A stretch of DNA of 64,000 nt from Nitrospirales bacterium. Lineage in GTDB: Bacteria; Nitrospirota; Nitrospiria; Nitrospirales; UBA8639. Numbering within the stretch: the first letter of the stretch is position 1; each line of letters starts with the position of its first letter. The stretch lies in the NCBI GenBank assembly GCA_963422365.1, contig OY729426.1, positions 1,376,001 to 1,440,000 of the forward strand, read 5' to 3'. The notes beneath the pieces were generated by a model. That model was not told the origin of the DNA, did not search any database, and worked only from the letters and a program-made list of their open reading frames with translations. The position numbers were made by a program, and so were the translations under genes. Of the stretch, positions 20,837 through 32,018 are shown in pieces.

Positions 20837-22330
20837 ATGACACCCAGTGAATTACCCCCCCCCCCCCCCCCCCCCCGAAACTGTGGTGAATCGAATAGCG
20901 AGATCACCGTACCGCTGGTCGTTGACGTTGATGGCTCGCTGGTCGGCGGCGATCTGTTGATCGAAGGCGCCTTCCAGCTTCTCGCCGTCTCCCCGCTCAC
21001 ACTGTTTGCTTTCCCCTTCTGGCTCACCAAGGGCCGCGCCGTGCTGAAACGCAGGATTGCTAGGGCCATTCCGTTGCCGCCGGCAACGCTGGTGCTGAAC
21101 CCGTGCGTGATGGAGGAGATTGCCGCATCGAAGGCGGCGGGGCGCGAGGTCTGGCTGGCCTCCGCCTCCGACGAACTCGTAGTCACTCCACTCGTCGAAG
21201 CTGTCGGTGCGCAGGGCTGCTTTGCCTCGGACAGTAGCACTAACCTGGCCGGTCAGGCCAAAGCCGCGGCGCTGGTCAAAACATTCGGTGAGCGTGGGTT
21301 CGACTACATTGGCAACGAACGGCGCGATCTGGAGGTCTGGAAACATGCTAGGCGCGCTATCGGGGTCAACCTCTCAGCGGGCCTTGCGCGGGAAGTACGA
21401 GTACTGGACAACGGTGCTCGGTTCCTCCCCGGACTCGGTGGCCGTCCGCTCGACTATCTTTGGGCACTGCGTCCGCGCCATTGGATCAAGAATGCGCTTG
21501 TGTTCGCACCCCTCGTCGCAGCGCACGAGACACGTCCCGAGACGTACCTGGCCGTGGCTGGGGTGTTCGCAGCGCTGTCAGTCTGTGCATCGGGCATGTA
21601 CCTGTTCAACGACCTGCTCGATCTTCCGCATGACCGCCGGCACAGGAGCAAGCATCATCGTCCGTTGGCGGCGGGGAAGGTGCGGTTGGACTTGGCCTTG
21701 GTCATCGTTGCCGCGCTTCCGGCAGTGGGTCTTGCCTTAGCCTTCTGGTTATCCACCTCCGCGGGGCTTTGCGTCCTTCTGTATTTGGCCCTGACGGTTG
21801 CTTACTCGCTGTGGCTCAAGCGCTGGATCTTCGCCGATATAGTCGTGCTCGCCGGACTCTTCGCGATTCGCGTTCTCGCCGGGGCCCAGGCAGTTTCGAT
21901 CACGCTGTCGCCATGGTTCTTGGCTTTTTTTATGTTCGTTTTTCTCGCTTTGGCGGTAGTCAAGCGCCAAAGCGAGTTGCACGCGCTGCATGAGATCGGT
22001 CGGTCAGCAGCTGACGGGCGGGCTTATGTTGCCAAGGATCTCACCACGCTGACGTCTCTCGGGGTGGCCAGCGGCTTCGCCTCAGTCGTGGTGCTCACTC
22101 TCTACATCCAAAGTCCGGAAGTGAGCCGACTTTATGCCAGACAGGAATTCCTGTGGCTAGCCTGTCCGCTGCTGGTCTACTGGCTGGGGCGCATGACGCT
22201 GCTCGCCAATCGGGGGGCAGCAGACGACCCGGTGGTGTTCGCCATGGGAGATCGGTCCAGCTGGCTGACTGCTATCGGTATCCTCGTCGTATTCGCGCTC
22301 GCAGTATGGCCCTGGGGGTCGGCGACATGA
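20837..22330 (+). CDS. HAD-UbiA fusion, decaprenyl-phosphate phosphoribosyltransferase-like
   Basis: N-terminal DVDG HAD motif; ALRPRHWIKN and YLFNDLLDLPHDRRH..K..RPLAAG; lies upstream of the dprE1-like gene. Confidence 0.88.
   Translation: MTPSELPPPPPPPRNCGESNSEITVPLVVDVDGSLVGGDLLIEGAFQLLAVSPLTLFAFPFWLTKGRAVLKRRIARAIPLPPATLVLNPCVMEEIAASKAAGREVWLASASDELVVTPLVEAVGAQGCFASDSSTNLAGQAKAAALVKTFGERGFDYIGNERRDLEVWKHARRAIGVNLSAGLAREVRVLDNGARFLPGLGGRPLDYLWALRPRHWIKNALVFAPLVAAHETRPETYLAVAGVFAALSVCASGMYLFNDLLDLPHDRRHRSKHHRPLAAGKVRLDLALVIVAALPAVGLALAFWLSTSAGLCVLLYLALTVAYSLWLKRWIFADIVVLAGLFAIRVLAGAQAVSITLSPWFLAFFMFVFLALAVVKRQSELHALHEIGRSAADGRAYVAKDLTTLTSLGVASGFASVVVLTLYIQSPEVSRLYARQEFLWLACPLLVYWLGRMTLLANRGAADDPVVFAMGDRSSWLTAIGILVVFALAVWPWGSAT
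20855..20876 (+). repeat. Poly-C22 simple sequence repeat (currently in frame)
   Basis: 22 consecutive C starting at codon 7 of the ubiA-like gene. Confidence 0.9.
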
Positions 22331-23658
22331 AGCTTTCCGGCTGGGGCCGACATCCGGTGCTGGATTGCCGGGTGGAGCGCCTGCGTGAGCGCGAGGCGCT
22401 GCCCGGACTGCTCGGTCGCGGCGACACTCTGATCGCCCGCGGCAACGGCCGCTCCTACGGCGATGCCGCGCTCAATCCGGATCTCACGCTCTCCATGCTG
22501 GCGATGGACCGGATGCGGGCGTTCGATGCGAAGACGGGGCTCCTGACCTGCGAGGCCGGCGTGCTGCTAGCCGATATCCTGGACACCTTCGCGCCGCGCG
22601 GCTGGTTTCCGCCGGTTGTGCCCGGAACCAAGTTCGTCACGGTCGGCGGCATGATCGCCGCGGATGTGCACGGCAAGAACCATCACTGCGAGGGCGCCTT
22701 CGGCGCGCATGTCGAATCGCTGGTACTGGCCACCGCGGACAGCGAAGTGCGCACCTGCAGCCGTACGGAACACGCCGACCTGTTTCGCGCGACCCTCGGT
22801 GGGATGGGCCTGACCGGCGTCATCCTGTCCGCGAGCTTCCGGCTCAAACCGATTGCGACGGCCTTCGTCATGGCGCAGACGCTGGCCGGGACCGATCTCG
22901 ACGAGACGATGGCCTTGTTGGAGGCGTCCGCGGATTGGCCCTACAGCGTGGCGTGGGTCGATTGTCTGGCGCGGGGCGTGAAGTTGGGTCGCGCTCTGAT
23001 GACGCGCGGCACATTCATGGAGCCTGGGGCGCTGCCGTCCCGGCTCGCGCGCAACCCCCTGCGCCAAGCGTCGGCGGGCCGATTGGCCATTCCGGCCGAT
23101 GCGCCCTCCATGCTGCTCAACCCCTACGCGATCAGGCTCTTCAACACCCTCTACTACCGGCGGGGGCAAACGAGAGCCGGGGCACGGCCGGTCCATTTCG
23201 ATCCGTTCTTCTTTCCTTTGGACCGAATCGAGGCCTGGAACCGTCTCTACGGGCGGCGAGGATTCGTCCAGTACCAGTGCGTGCTGCCCAGGCACGAAAG
23301 CCCGACCGGTATCGCGGCCTTGCTCGAACGGGTTGCCGCGGCCGGGCAGGGCTCGTTCCTCGCGGTGCTCAAGCTGTTCGGCCCCGGCGGCGATGGGCTG
23401 TTGTCGTTCCCCATGGAGGGCTACACCTTGGCGCTCGACTTTCCGCTGCGTAAAGGCGTACTGGCGCTGCTCGACGATCTCGATGAAATCACCCACCGGC
23501 ACGGCGGGCGGGTCTATCTCGCAAAGGACGCCCGGTGCGCACCGGAACGGATGCGCGAGGGCTACCACTGCCTCGAAGAATTCAAGGCAGTGCGCGCGGA
23601 AACAACCAACGCCGGGCGCGGCTTCGCCTCCGCGCTCTCGCGAAGGCTCGAGTTGTGA
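22327..23658 (+). CDS. DprE1-like FAD-dependent decaprenylphosphoryl-ribose oxidase
   Basis: RGNGRSYGDAA, PGTKFVTVGG, DVHGKNHH, YLAKD, S.LSRRL; ATGA coupling. Confidence 0.9.
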   Translation: MKLSGWGRHPVLDCRVERLREREALPGLLGRGDTLIARGNGRSYGDAALNPDLTLSMLAMDRMRAFDAKTGLLTCEAGVLLADILDTFAPRGWFPPVVPGTKFVTVGGMIAADVHGKNHHCEGAFGAHVESLVLATADSEVRTCSRTEHADLFRATLGGMGLTGVILSASFRLKPIATAFVMAQTLAGTDLDETMALLEASADWPYSVAWVDCLARGVKLGRALMTRGTFMEPGALPSRLARNPLRQASAGRLAIPADAPSMLLNPYAIRLFNTLYYRRGQTRAGARPVHFDPFFFPLDRIEAWNRLYGRRGFVQYQCVLPRHESPTGIAALLERVAAAGQGSFLAVLKLFGPGGDGLLSFPMEGYTLALDFPLRKGVLALLDDLDEITHRHGGRVYLAKDARCAPERMREGYHCLEEFKAVRAETTNAGRGFASALSRRLEL

Positions 23659-25590
23659 GCGTCGTGTCAGAAACCGGAAGAAAAATGCAAACCAGAGGGT
23701 TCACGCTGTTGGTGGTGGTTCTCGCGGTCTCAGGGGGCGTGCTGGTCTATACACAGGTATTCCCATACGGCGCCCATCTGAACACCGACTCGTTCTCATA
23801 CCTGTCGGCAGCGCGGAGCTTATTGTCGGGCGAAGGCTATCTTATATTCGGAGGGAGTGGGAGGACTGACCTGTGGCCTCCCATATACCCCGCGCTGCTC
23901 GCCTTGGCGAGCCTTGTTTCCGGAATGGACCCGCTGGCTGTCATCGACCCTTTCAACGCCATCATTTTCGGTCTGACGGTCCTCGTTCTCGGAAGATGGC
24001 TGAGCTGGCGCCTGGAGCATCGCCCCCTGATGGTATGGGCATGTCTGGCGGCCCTGTTCATCGGGCCGGTGTTTTGGATCGCGACCCACGCACGATCAGA
24101 ATCGCTCTTCATTTTGTTCACGACTCTGGCGCTGAGTAGTGCAGACAGATTTCTGAAGATATCCGGGGGGGGGGCGATCACATTTACTTGCGGCAGCAGT
24201 GTGGACCGCGCTGGCGTGCCTGACCCGCTATGCGGGCGTCACGATCGTCGCCGCAGTCGTGCCACTGCTGTTGCTTCAGCGGTCGTATGGACTTCGGGCA
24301 AGGTTCGTGCATACGGCCATGTATGCAGTGGTTTCTGTGGCGCCGTTCGCCGCCTGGTTGGTGCGAAACCTTGTGACCACGGGAAATCTTGCGGGGCCGC
24401 GTGCTCCTTCGACGGTTTCCCTATGGGAGAATCTTGGGCGTCTGCTCGCAAATATATCTGAGTGGCCTCCGGTATGGATCTTGCTGACGATGGCAGCCGT
24501 CTATGTCTTCGTCCGTTGGGTGCGTCGGGAAGATGCGGGGATGGCCATCGGATTCCGCCCATCGGTGGTCGGGGCATTCACCTTCGTCTTCTTCGGCTTC
24601 ATGCTCTGGACAACGACGACAGTTGCCATAGATCGTTTGGATCAACGACTGCTGTCTCCGGCGTTCATACCGTTGCTTGTGTGCTCCGCGCTGGCTGTGG
24701 ATCGCTGGTGGTCCAGCTATCGCGACGGACTACGATCGTCGAGACAGACCGCTGGCTTGCTCGGACAGTTACGAATGAGCTGGTGGCCTGCTATCGGCGT
24801 GGCAGTGTTGCTCAGCGCCTATGTGATGGCCGAAGGTTCCCACGTGGTCTACAAGAGCCTGCTGAAATCGGTCCGACCAGCTTCGATAGCCACGCGGCAA
24901 GGCATGCTCGAATCGCCGACGTTCCAGTATCTGCGAGCGCATCGACCTCTTGGCTTTGTCGTCTCCAACGCCAACAAGCCGTGGTTTCATGGGGGCGCAG
25001 ACATCTCTTCCGGGACGGAAGTCGTCCGGCTACCGAGACGCAAACAGGATCAGTTTGCGTTATTGCGAAGGGCGGATACCGTCGTCTGGTTTCACGATCT
25101 GTTTAGAGGCCGGCTCGACAATGCTCTCCCCTGGCTGCGTGGATTGTCGATTCTGGAGAAAGTAGCCGAGCTCGATGATGGCGTCGTCTTCCAGGTCTTG
25201 GCCGACCATCGATCAGAAGCGTATGCCCTGCCCCGCGGACATCCTGTCATACGGGGCGATTTCGATGTCTATCTCGAGGAGACCGCACTGACCTACATCG
25301 CTGAGCCCTGCCCGCGCTCGGTCACGATGCCCCGTTTCTTCTTTCATCTCTATCCGGTCGATAGAAACGACCTTCCGCCTGAGCGACAGGACCACGGCTT
25401 CGACACTCTCGATTTCCCCTTCGATCGATATGGCGTGTGGCTGAACGACAAGTGTTTGGTTCGCCGACCCCTGCCGAACTATGAGATTGCCTCCATCCGC
25501 ACCGGCCAGTACATATCCGGCGAGGGCCGCATCTGGGAAGGCAGCTTCGACTTTGCGGAGCCGGCGGGCGACGAGGAAAGCTCGCAATGA
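23655..25590 (+). pseudogene. GT-C-like membrane glycosyltransferase split at a G10 tract (24165-24174); C-terminal repeated domain
   Basis: DSFSY, WPPIYP and SESLF in the first frame; LTRYAG and the remaining TM segments in the next. G9 or G12 restores one ORF. Confidence 0.8.
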
Positions 25591-28058
25591 CCGGCGAAGG
25601 AAAAACGGCGCTGGGATCCGGCGCCACGCATATCGGATGCGCCATCGCGCGCCGGCTGACAAGCAAGCGGTGGCGTGCGTTTGCCGCCCGCCGTGTGGAT
25701 TTGACCATGCCCACCCGGCTACACAAGGCGCTGTTCGTCCTGTTCATCGGTGGCATCCTGGTCTACGGGGCCGGGTTCGCCTGCTACCTGCTCGCCCGCT
25801 TCGACCTCGTCAACCTGCTTCGCGACGTGAATGCCGACGACTCTTTCTACTACTTTCAGATCGCCTGGAACCTGGCCGAGGGGAAGTTCTCCACCTTCGA
25901 CGGCGGCATCAGCCGCACCAACGGCTATCACCCCGTCTGGATGCTGCTTGTCACGCCGTTCTACTGGGTGTTCGACAAGGAAGCGGCGCTGTTCGCCATC
26001 AAGGCGTTCGAGATCATGCTGGTCGCCGGCGGTGTCGCCGCCATTGCCATGGCGGCCCGCCTGGCGCGCCTGCCGTGGGTGCTGCTGTTCGCCGCGCTGC
26101 CGGTGTTATATCAAAGTCGCGGTACCTGGGTGGGGATGGAGGCATCCGCGGGGCTGTTCATGCTGGGCTTGTTGTTTCTGACCCTGTGCCTGTACGCGCG
26201 CAATCCGGCACGCTGGCGCTGGGCGCTGGCCACGGTCGCCTTCGCCCTGCCGTGGGTGCGTCTGGAGTACATGGCCATATCCCTGGCGGCCACCGGCGCG
26301 CTGTACGTTATCGAATGGTCTTGGCGGGAGCGGTCGTCCGGCGCATCCCGGAGAGAGCAAGTCCGTTCCGTATTGGCGGCCGATGCCGTCATTCCATTGC
26401 TCGGTGCCCTCGCTGGCATCCTGGTCTATTTCGCCTACAACTGGCTCGTCTTCGGCGGCATCCTGCCGGTAAGCGGCGTGACCAAACACCTCTGGTCGCA
26501 AGTTCGGTGGGAATATGAAGGCGGCTACAGCCTGCCGCGGAACCTCCTGAACATCATGGAAATCCGGATGTTCAGCGGCGGCGCGCTGGCGGTTATGCTG
26601 GCGTCCTGTGCCTTCCTCCCGCTGCTCTGGTGGCTTGTCCGCCGTGCACGCAGGCGGGACGACTGGCTGCCGTTGGTTTTTCTGGTGGGCGTGTTCGGTG
26701 TGGCGGCGGGCCATCTGGGCAAATTCGCGCAGACCGTGCTTGCCGTACATCCTGCCGTCGCGAACTACTCTTGGTATTTCGTCCCGGCCTATCTGACGCT
26801 GGCGCTGTTCATTCCTGTCGGATGTTACGTAGCAGTCCGTCTGGTGCTTCGCCTTGTCACTCCAAAATCGCGTCGCGTCGCCGTGCTCCTGAGCCGGGGG
26901 ATCATCGGCGTCAGGATAGTCATCCTGTTCATCAGGGCAAACTTCACTTATCCGTTCCAGTATGTAGATCGTTCCAGCCAAAGTAACTGGGACTGGGAGG
27001 TACACTCCTACACAGGCACGCAGGCGATGAACCACATCCTTCCCGAAGGCAGCGTGGTCGGGTCGTGGGACGCCGGCGTCATCGGTTACTTCTCGCGCTT
27101 TCCGGTGGTGAATCTCGACGGTCTGGTCAACTCGTACGAGTATCTGCGCGGATACCGTGACGCGGGTCGGAAAACAGGATGGACATACAAATACAGGTAT
27201 TCAAATGCCGATCCGCTGTTCGAGAAATTCAGGGTCACGCATTTCGCCAACATGATGTATCTCGACAAGAAAATTAATAAGTTGATATATGAGGGCGTTT
27301 CATATGTACCTCCCCACGAGGGGGGATGTCCGGATGCCGATAGTGAGATACACCTTCGACCCTGTACGTCCCCGCGGGGGATGTCGTTTCAAATCTGGTC
27401 CGCCGCGCCACTGGGCAATTTTGATGCCGCCACCTGGTTTTGGGAAAAAATGGAGCCTCACTTCGACTACCGGTCGGGTGATGCCGGGCTTATCGTAAAC
27501 GGTCGGACGGTGCAGGCGTTCGCCAGGAAATGCCCATCGGACGAGGAGATCGTGTGGTCCTGGAATGGGTCGGAAGGCAAGGCGTTCGTCGGCCCCTCGC
27601 GGCGGTGGAGGAATACGCAAACCGGGTTATGCGTAGCCACCGCCGTGTTGCCCCAAAACTCAGATGCCCTGATGCGGCTTGAGCCAATGACAGCGAGCGA
27701 TTACCTGGCGGAGCTGATCAAGGATCGCCAACCGGTCATCCGCTCGAATTATGATGTGTATCTTGTCGACGACAGCCTCATCTACGTCAGGGATCAGTGT
27801 AAGGCGGCGGACACCGAGGCGCCCTTCTTCCTGCATGTCACACCCGCCCGCCGGTTTGATTTATCCGTCCGGCACTGGTCGTATGGCTACGACAACCTGA
27901 ACTTCGATTTCAAGGACCGTGGGGTCGTCTTCGACGGCAAGTGCATGGCGGTGCGCGATGCGCCGGACTACGCCATTGCCGGTATTCATACCGGACAATT
28001 CACGTCGGCGGGGCGCGTATGGCAGGGGGAATATCACCGTGATGCGTCGCATCGATAA
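25587..28058 (+). CDS. GT-C-like polytopic membrane glycosyltransferase with C-terminal repeated domain
   Basis: DDSFYYFQIAWN, TNGYHPVW, GME, many TM segments, WDAGVIGYFS..VVNLDGLVN. Confidence 0.8.
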   Translation: MTGEGKTALGSGATHIGCAIARRLTSKRWRAFAARRVDLTMPTRLHKALFVLFIGGILVYGAGFACYLLARFDLVNLLRDVNADDSFYYFQIAWNLAEGKFSTFDGGISRTNGYHPVWMLLVTPFYWVFDKEAALFAIKAFEIMLVAGGVAAIAMAARLARLPWVLLFAALPVLYQSRGTWVGMEASAGLFMLGLLFLTLCLYARNPARWRWALATVAFALPWVRLEYMAISLAATGALYVIEWSWRERSSGASRREQVRSVLAADAVIPLLGALAGILVYFAYNWLVFGGILPVSGVTKHLWSQVRWEYEGGYSLPRNLLNIMEIRMFSGGALAVMLASCAFLPLLWWLVRRARRRDDWLPLVFLVGVFGVAAGHLGKFAQTVLAVHPAVANYSWYFVPAYLTLALFIPVGCYVAVRLVLRLVTPKSRRVAVLLSRGIIGVRIVILFIRANFTYPFQYVDRSSQSNWDWEVHSYTGTQAMNHILPEGSVVGSWDAGVIGYFSRFPVVNLDGLVNSYEYLRGYRDAGRKTGWTYKYRYSNADPLFEKFRVTHFANMMYLDKKINKLIYEGVSYVPPHEGGCPDADSEIHLRPCTSPRGMSFQIWSAAPLGNFDAATWFWEKMEPHFDYRSGDAGLIVNGRTVQAFARKCPSDEEIVWSWNGSEGKAFVGPSRRWRNTQTGLCVATAVLPQNSDALMRLEPMTASDYLAELIKDRQPVIRSNYDVYLVDDSLIYVRDQCKAADTEAPFFLHVTPARRFDLSVRHWSYGYDNLNFDFKDRGVVFDGKCMAVRDAPDYAIAGIHTGQFTSAGRVWQGEYHRDASHR

Positions 28059-28059
28059 C

Positions 28060-30200
28060 ATGATGACGGAGTGGTCGACCGGGCTGCAAAGGTCGCCAAT
28101 ATTCCTGATATCGCTCTGCCTGCCATGGCTGGTTCTGCTTGGATGGCTCGCCGCTGTCGCATGGTTCTTGTGCGATGACGCCTTCATCAGCTTCCGCTAC
28201 GTCCGCAACCTGCTGGAAGGCCACGGCCTGGTCTTCAATCCCGGCGAGTACGTCGAGGGCTACACCAACTTCCTGTGGGTGCTGGAGTTGGCGGCGATAT
28301 GGAGACTGTCGGGCATCCCGCCGGAACAGGCGGCAACCTGGCTGTCCGTCGTCTGCACCGTCGGGACTATCGCGGCGATGCTGTGGTGGGTCATGCGCCT
28401 GCCGGGGGTACGCCATCGTGGTCTGGTCGCGTGGATGGCCCTCGGTTTGCTGTGCTCCAGCGCCACCTTCGCGGTGTGGACCTCCGGCGGTGGGCTGGAA
28501 ACGCGGCAGTTCACCTTCTTCACCGTCCTGGCCGTCGTTCTCCTGAGCCTTTATCGCGACCGTCGTCGGGGGTTGGCGATAGCTTCACTGAGCCTAGCGC
28601 TGGCTGCCTACACTCGGCCCGAAGGGCTGTTGATCGGCGCTCTGTGCATCGGCTGGTTCGCCGTTCAGTTGATGGTGGCGGCCTTGCCTGAGCGGCCGGC
28701 AGGCGAACGCCTCCGGCCGGATTGGCGGCGCCTGGCGTGGCTGGCGATGCCGTTCGCAGCGCTGGTGGCCGCCCACTACCTGTTCCGCTATGGCTACTAT
28801 GGCGAGTGGCTGCCCAACACCTACTACGCCAAGCACGTGCGACCCTGGTACGAGTCCGGGTTCCGCTATCTGTGGGCAGCGACGTTGGAGACCGGCCTGT
28901 ACCTGCTGCTCCCTCTGGCCGCCGTCGCCATGCGGCATCGCTGGCGCTCGCGCCGCGACGGGGCCTTCGCGCTGGTGCTGCTCCTGGTCGGCGTCCACAT
29001 GATCTATGTGATGCGGATCGGCGGCGATCACTTCGAGTACCGTCCGCTGGACTTCTACTGGCCGCTGCTGGCCGTCCCCGCCGCCCTGGGCATCGTCCAT
29101 CTCGGTTCGCGCCTTGCCGCCCGGCGTTGGCGGCCTCCCGCGTTGGGCCGGATGGGCGCGCGAACTCTTGCGGTCGCTCTCTTCGTCCCGGTGCTGTTCT
29201 ACGCCAGCGCCATCCAGGGTGCGCTGCTGTTCGCGGGTGCCGGGATTCGCGAGCAGGTTGTCAAGCTGCATATAGAACTCGACGACGACAATGCCGGGTG
29301 GCTGCTTGCCGCGCCCGCAATGCCGATGCTGGTCGCCATCTCCAACGACCTGCGTCGCCTCGCTGCCCCACAGCTCGTCGCTTCGCCCTTCGCGGAGCAC
29401 CGCGAGTTCGCCCGCGATCAACTACGAAACTGGAAACCTTACGAGAACATGCAGCGAGGCGTGATCCCCGATGACGCGCTGATATCCGGCGGCTCGCTCG
29501 GCATCCGCTTCTATTATCTACCGGACCTGAAAGTGATCGACAGATATGGTTTGACCGATGCCACGGTGGCCTGCAGCCCGGTCACCAGACCCAATCGCGA
29601 ACGTGTCATTGCCCATGATCGTTGGCCACCGCCTGGATATCTGCAAGCACGGGGAGTCAACTCACCATACGTCCTCCCGAGTCCAGCGCATACGCAGCAC
29701 TCGCCCGCGCGCGCTACGCCGTAAAGGTCGGTGCCGATCTGTGGATGCCCTTCGATTCCCCGGACGAACAGTGGGTCCTCGAGCGTTTTGGCGACCGCGA
29801 CCTGCGTATACGAGAGGAATATGCGCCAAGGTTGCGACCGCCCGGACTCGAACCGGTGATCCGTTCGAACTTCGACGTCTATTTCACCGGGAAATCCCTC
29901 GTCTACGAAAAGCAACCGTGCCGCCGTCCGACCGATGTCGAGGCGCCCTTCTTCGTGCATGTGTTCCCGATGGACCGCAACGACCTGCCCGATCGCCGCA
30001 GGCAGTCCCAATTCGACAATCTCGATTTCAGATTTCGAAGCATCGGCCAGGAAGTCGGGGGAACATGCTTCGCCGTCCGGCATCTGCCGGAGTACCCCAT
30101 CGCTACCATCCGCACCGGACAGTACACCGGCGGGGGACGGGTCTGGGAGGGCAGCTTCGATATTGCCGGGCAGGCGCGCGACGGGGAGGCCGCGCCATGA
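28060..30200 (+). pseudogene. AftB-like arabinofuranosyltransferase, 1-bp frameshift near 29662
   Basis: DDAFISFRYVRNLLEGHGLVFNPGEYVEGYTNFLW, GLET, TRPEG, LPNTYYAK, DRYGLTD; continues in ORF 29622..30200. Confidence 0.8.
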
Positions 30201-30268
30201 CAGACAGGTGCGAAACGGCGCTGGTGCTCGGCGCCACCTCGGATATCGGCGGCGCCATCGCGTTGTGA
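30197..30268 (+). pseudogene. 5' fragment of a DprE2-like SDR
   Basis: MTDRCETALVLGATSDIGGAIAL* matches the start of the gene at 37652. Confidence 0.8.
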
Positions 30269-30297
30269 AGGACACGGGATTACCGGGAGAATTGTAG

Positions 30298-31647
30298 ATG
30301 GAAATTGGATTGCGCGACCTGCGGCCCTCCTATGATCTGATCGTCATAGGCTCAGGTCCGGCCGGATTGACTCTGGCGTACAAATACGAAGAGCGCACCG
30401 GCAATAGCGTTCTGATTCTGGAAAGCGGCGGTCGCTCGGAAACCGGCAGCGACAATGCACGAAAATTATCCCTGGTGGATGCGACTGGCGATTTGCCCGC
30501 AACCAGCTACGCTTTTCACAATCAGCGGGTCTTCGGCGGCACCTCCATCGTTTGGAATGGCTGGTGTCAGGTTCTGGAAAAACGCGCCTTCCTGAATGAC
30601 GAATGGCCTTTTCCCTATGACGATCTCTATGCGTATTATCCGCAAGCCGCCGACATCCTGGATGTGCCGGAGGCAGTCCACAGAAATCCGGAAACACCCT
30701 TCCCCGACAATGCCAATGTCGTCTACAGGCCATACTATTTCAGCCCGCCGACGCGCTTTAACGTTGCGTTCGACGAATGGGTAAGCAGCAACGCGAATGT
30801 TGACGTACTATTCAATCATTCGGTAACGAGAATCAACATCAGGGGGGACGCTGCCTCAAGTGTTGCCATTCTGGAATCATCCGAAAACCGATCGACTTCG
30901 GCAGAGGCGTTCGGAAATAAAATTGCGCTCGCGGCCGGCGGCGTCCAGAATGCTCGCTTGCTGCAACTTTCCCTGCCCAGGGACAATACACTCCCTGTTG
31001 GGCAGTACTTTTGCGAGCATCCGCATCTGTATGAATACGTTGACTTGGTGCTGGATGAACTGAAGCTCCAACAGGTGAAGGACAAATACACGCCAAAGAT
31101 CGTTCACGCCATTGCATTGTCGTCCGAGTTCTGCAACGAACATTCTTTGGCGTCCGCGACTTTCCAGGTACGCCATACTGAAAGTACCACGCACAATATT
31201 CTCGGCCGCAGCAGGCGTACTATTGCCGGGCGTACACATGTTCGGGCCGAAATGGCGTCGCTTGGGCAAAACCGAATCACGCTGTCCGATAGTCGTCGGG
31301 ACTTCCTGAACCAACCCGTCGCCCATGTCGGGTTGAAGTTCAATCCCCGGGAGATACGCGCTGCCTGCGACCATCTCAACGCGGAGCTGGTGCGTTCCGG
31401 ACTTGGCCGAATGGGTATTCGGCCTGAGAAATTCAACATCGCAGGAGGAGGACACATGATGGGATCGACACGAATGGGCGACGATCCGGGCAATTCGGTC
31501 ACCGACGCCCAGGGCCGCGTACATGGAATGGAGAATCTGTATGTTGCGGGGTCTTCGTTGTTCCCGTCGGCGGCAGCGGCCAACCCGACGCTTACCATTG
31601 TAGCCCTGTCTCTGCGCCTGGCTGACTACCTGAGCAGGAGACAATAA
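30298..31647 (+). CDS. GMC-family FAD oxidoreductase
   Basis: IGSGPAG, GGTSIVWNG, HMMGSTRMG, ANPTLTIVAL. Confidence 0.9.
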   Translation: MEIGLRDLRPSYDLIVIGSGPAGLTLAYKYEERTGNSVLILESGGRSETGSDNARKLSLVDATGDLPATSYAFHNQRVFGGTSIVWNGWCQVLEKRAFLNDEWPFPYDDLYAYYPQAADILDVPEAVHRNPETPFPDNANVVYRPYYFSPPTRFNVAFDEWVSSNANVDVLFNHSVTRINIRGDAASSVAILESSENRSTSAEAFGNKIALAAGGVQNARLLQLSLPRDNTLPVGQYFCEHPHLYEYVDLVLDELKLQQVKDKYTPKIVHAIALSSEFCNEHSLASATFQVRHTESTTHNILGRSRRTIAGRTHVRAEMASLGQNRITLSDSRRDFLNQPVAHVGLKFNPREIRAACDHLNAELVRSGLGRMGIRPEKFNIAGGGHMMGSTRMGDDPGNSVTDAQGRVHGMENLYVAGSSLFPSAAAANPTLTIVALSLRLADYLSRRQ

Positions 31648-31648
31648 C

Positions 31649-32011
31649 ATGCAACGGCGCGGTTTTCTCTTGAGTATCGGCCTCTTAGTCGCGGCATTGA
31701 TTGGCGGCGGCAGATGGTTATTCGGCAACCGCTTCCATTGTCGAACCGACATTTCGTATGCGGAATTTCCGCAACACCTACAAGCTCTCTCGAATCAGAA
31801 TTTCGCCAGCGCATTTTCCAATCTGTCAACGGACGAGATCATCAAGGAATTGTGCGACAGAGACATCTACGACGCCGATGGGTTCCATATCCAACGAGTC
31901 CGCGATAACGCGGTTGACGAACCTCTGAGAGAATTTGCCAAATTCTCCTACACCGAATCCGAGCTTCTGCTGTATGCCATGGTCGCGCGTCTGCATGCGC
32001 AAGGCGGATAG
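31649..32011 (+). CDS. Small protein with a twin-arginine-like N-terminus
   Basis: MQRRGFLL followed by a hydrophobic stretch; starts 1 bp after the GMC stop. Confidence 0.6.
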   Translation: MQRRGFLLSIGLLVAALIGGGRWLFGNRFHCRTDISYAEFPQHLQALSNQNFASAFSNLSTDEIIKELCDRDIYDADGFHIQRVRDNAVDEPLREFAKFSYTESELLLYAMVARLHAQGG

Positions 32012-32018
32012 GGGCAAT

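Noticed and set aside
22567..23568. Long antisense and alternate-frame ORFs (also 25481-26518, 30877-31752, 42839-43924 and others)
   Set aside because: These are shadows of GC-rich real genes and have no recognisable motifs.
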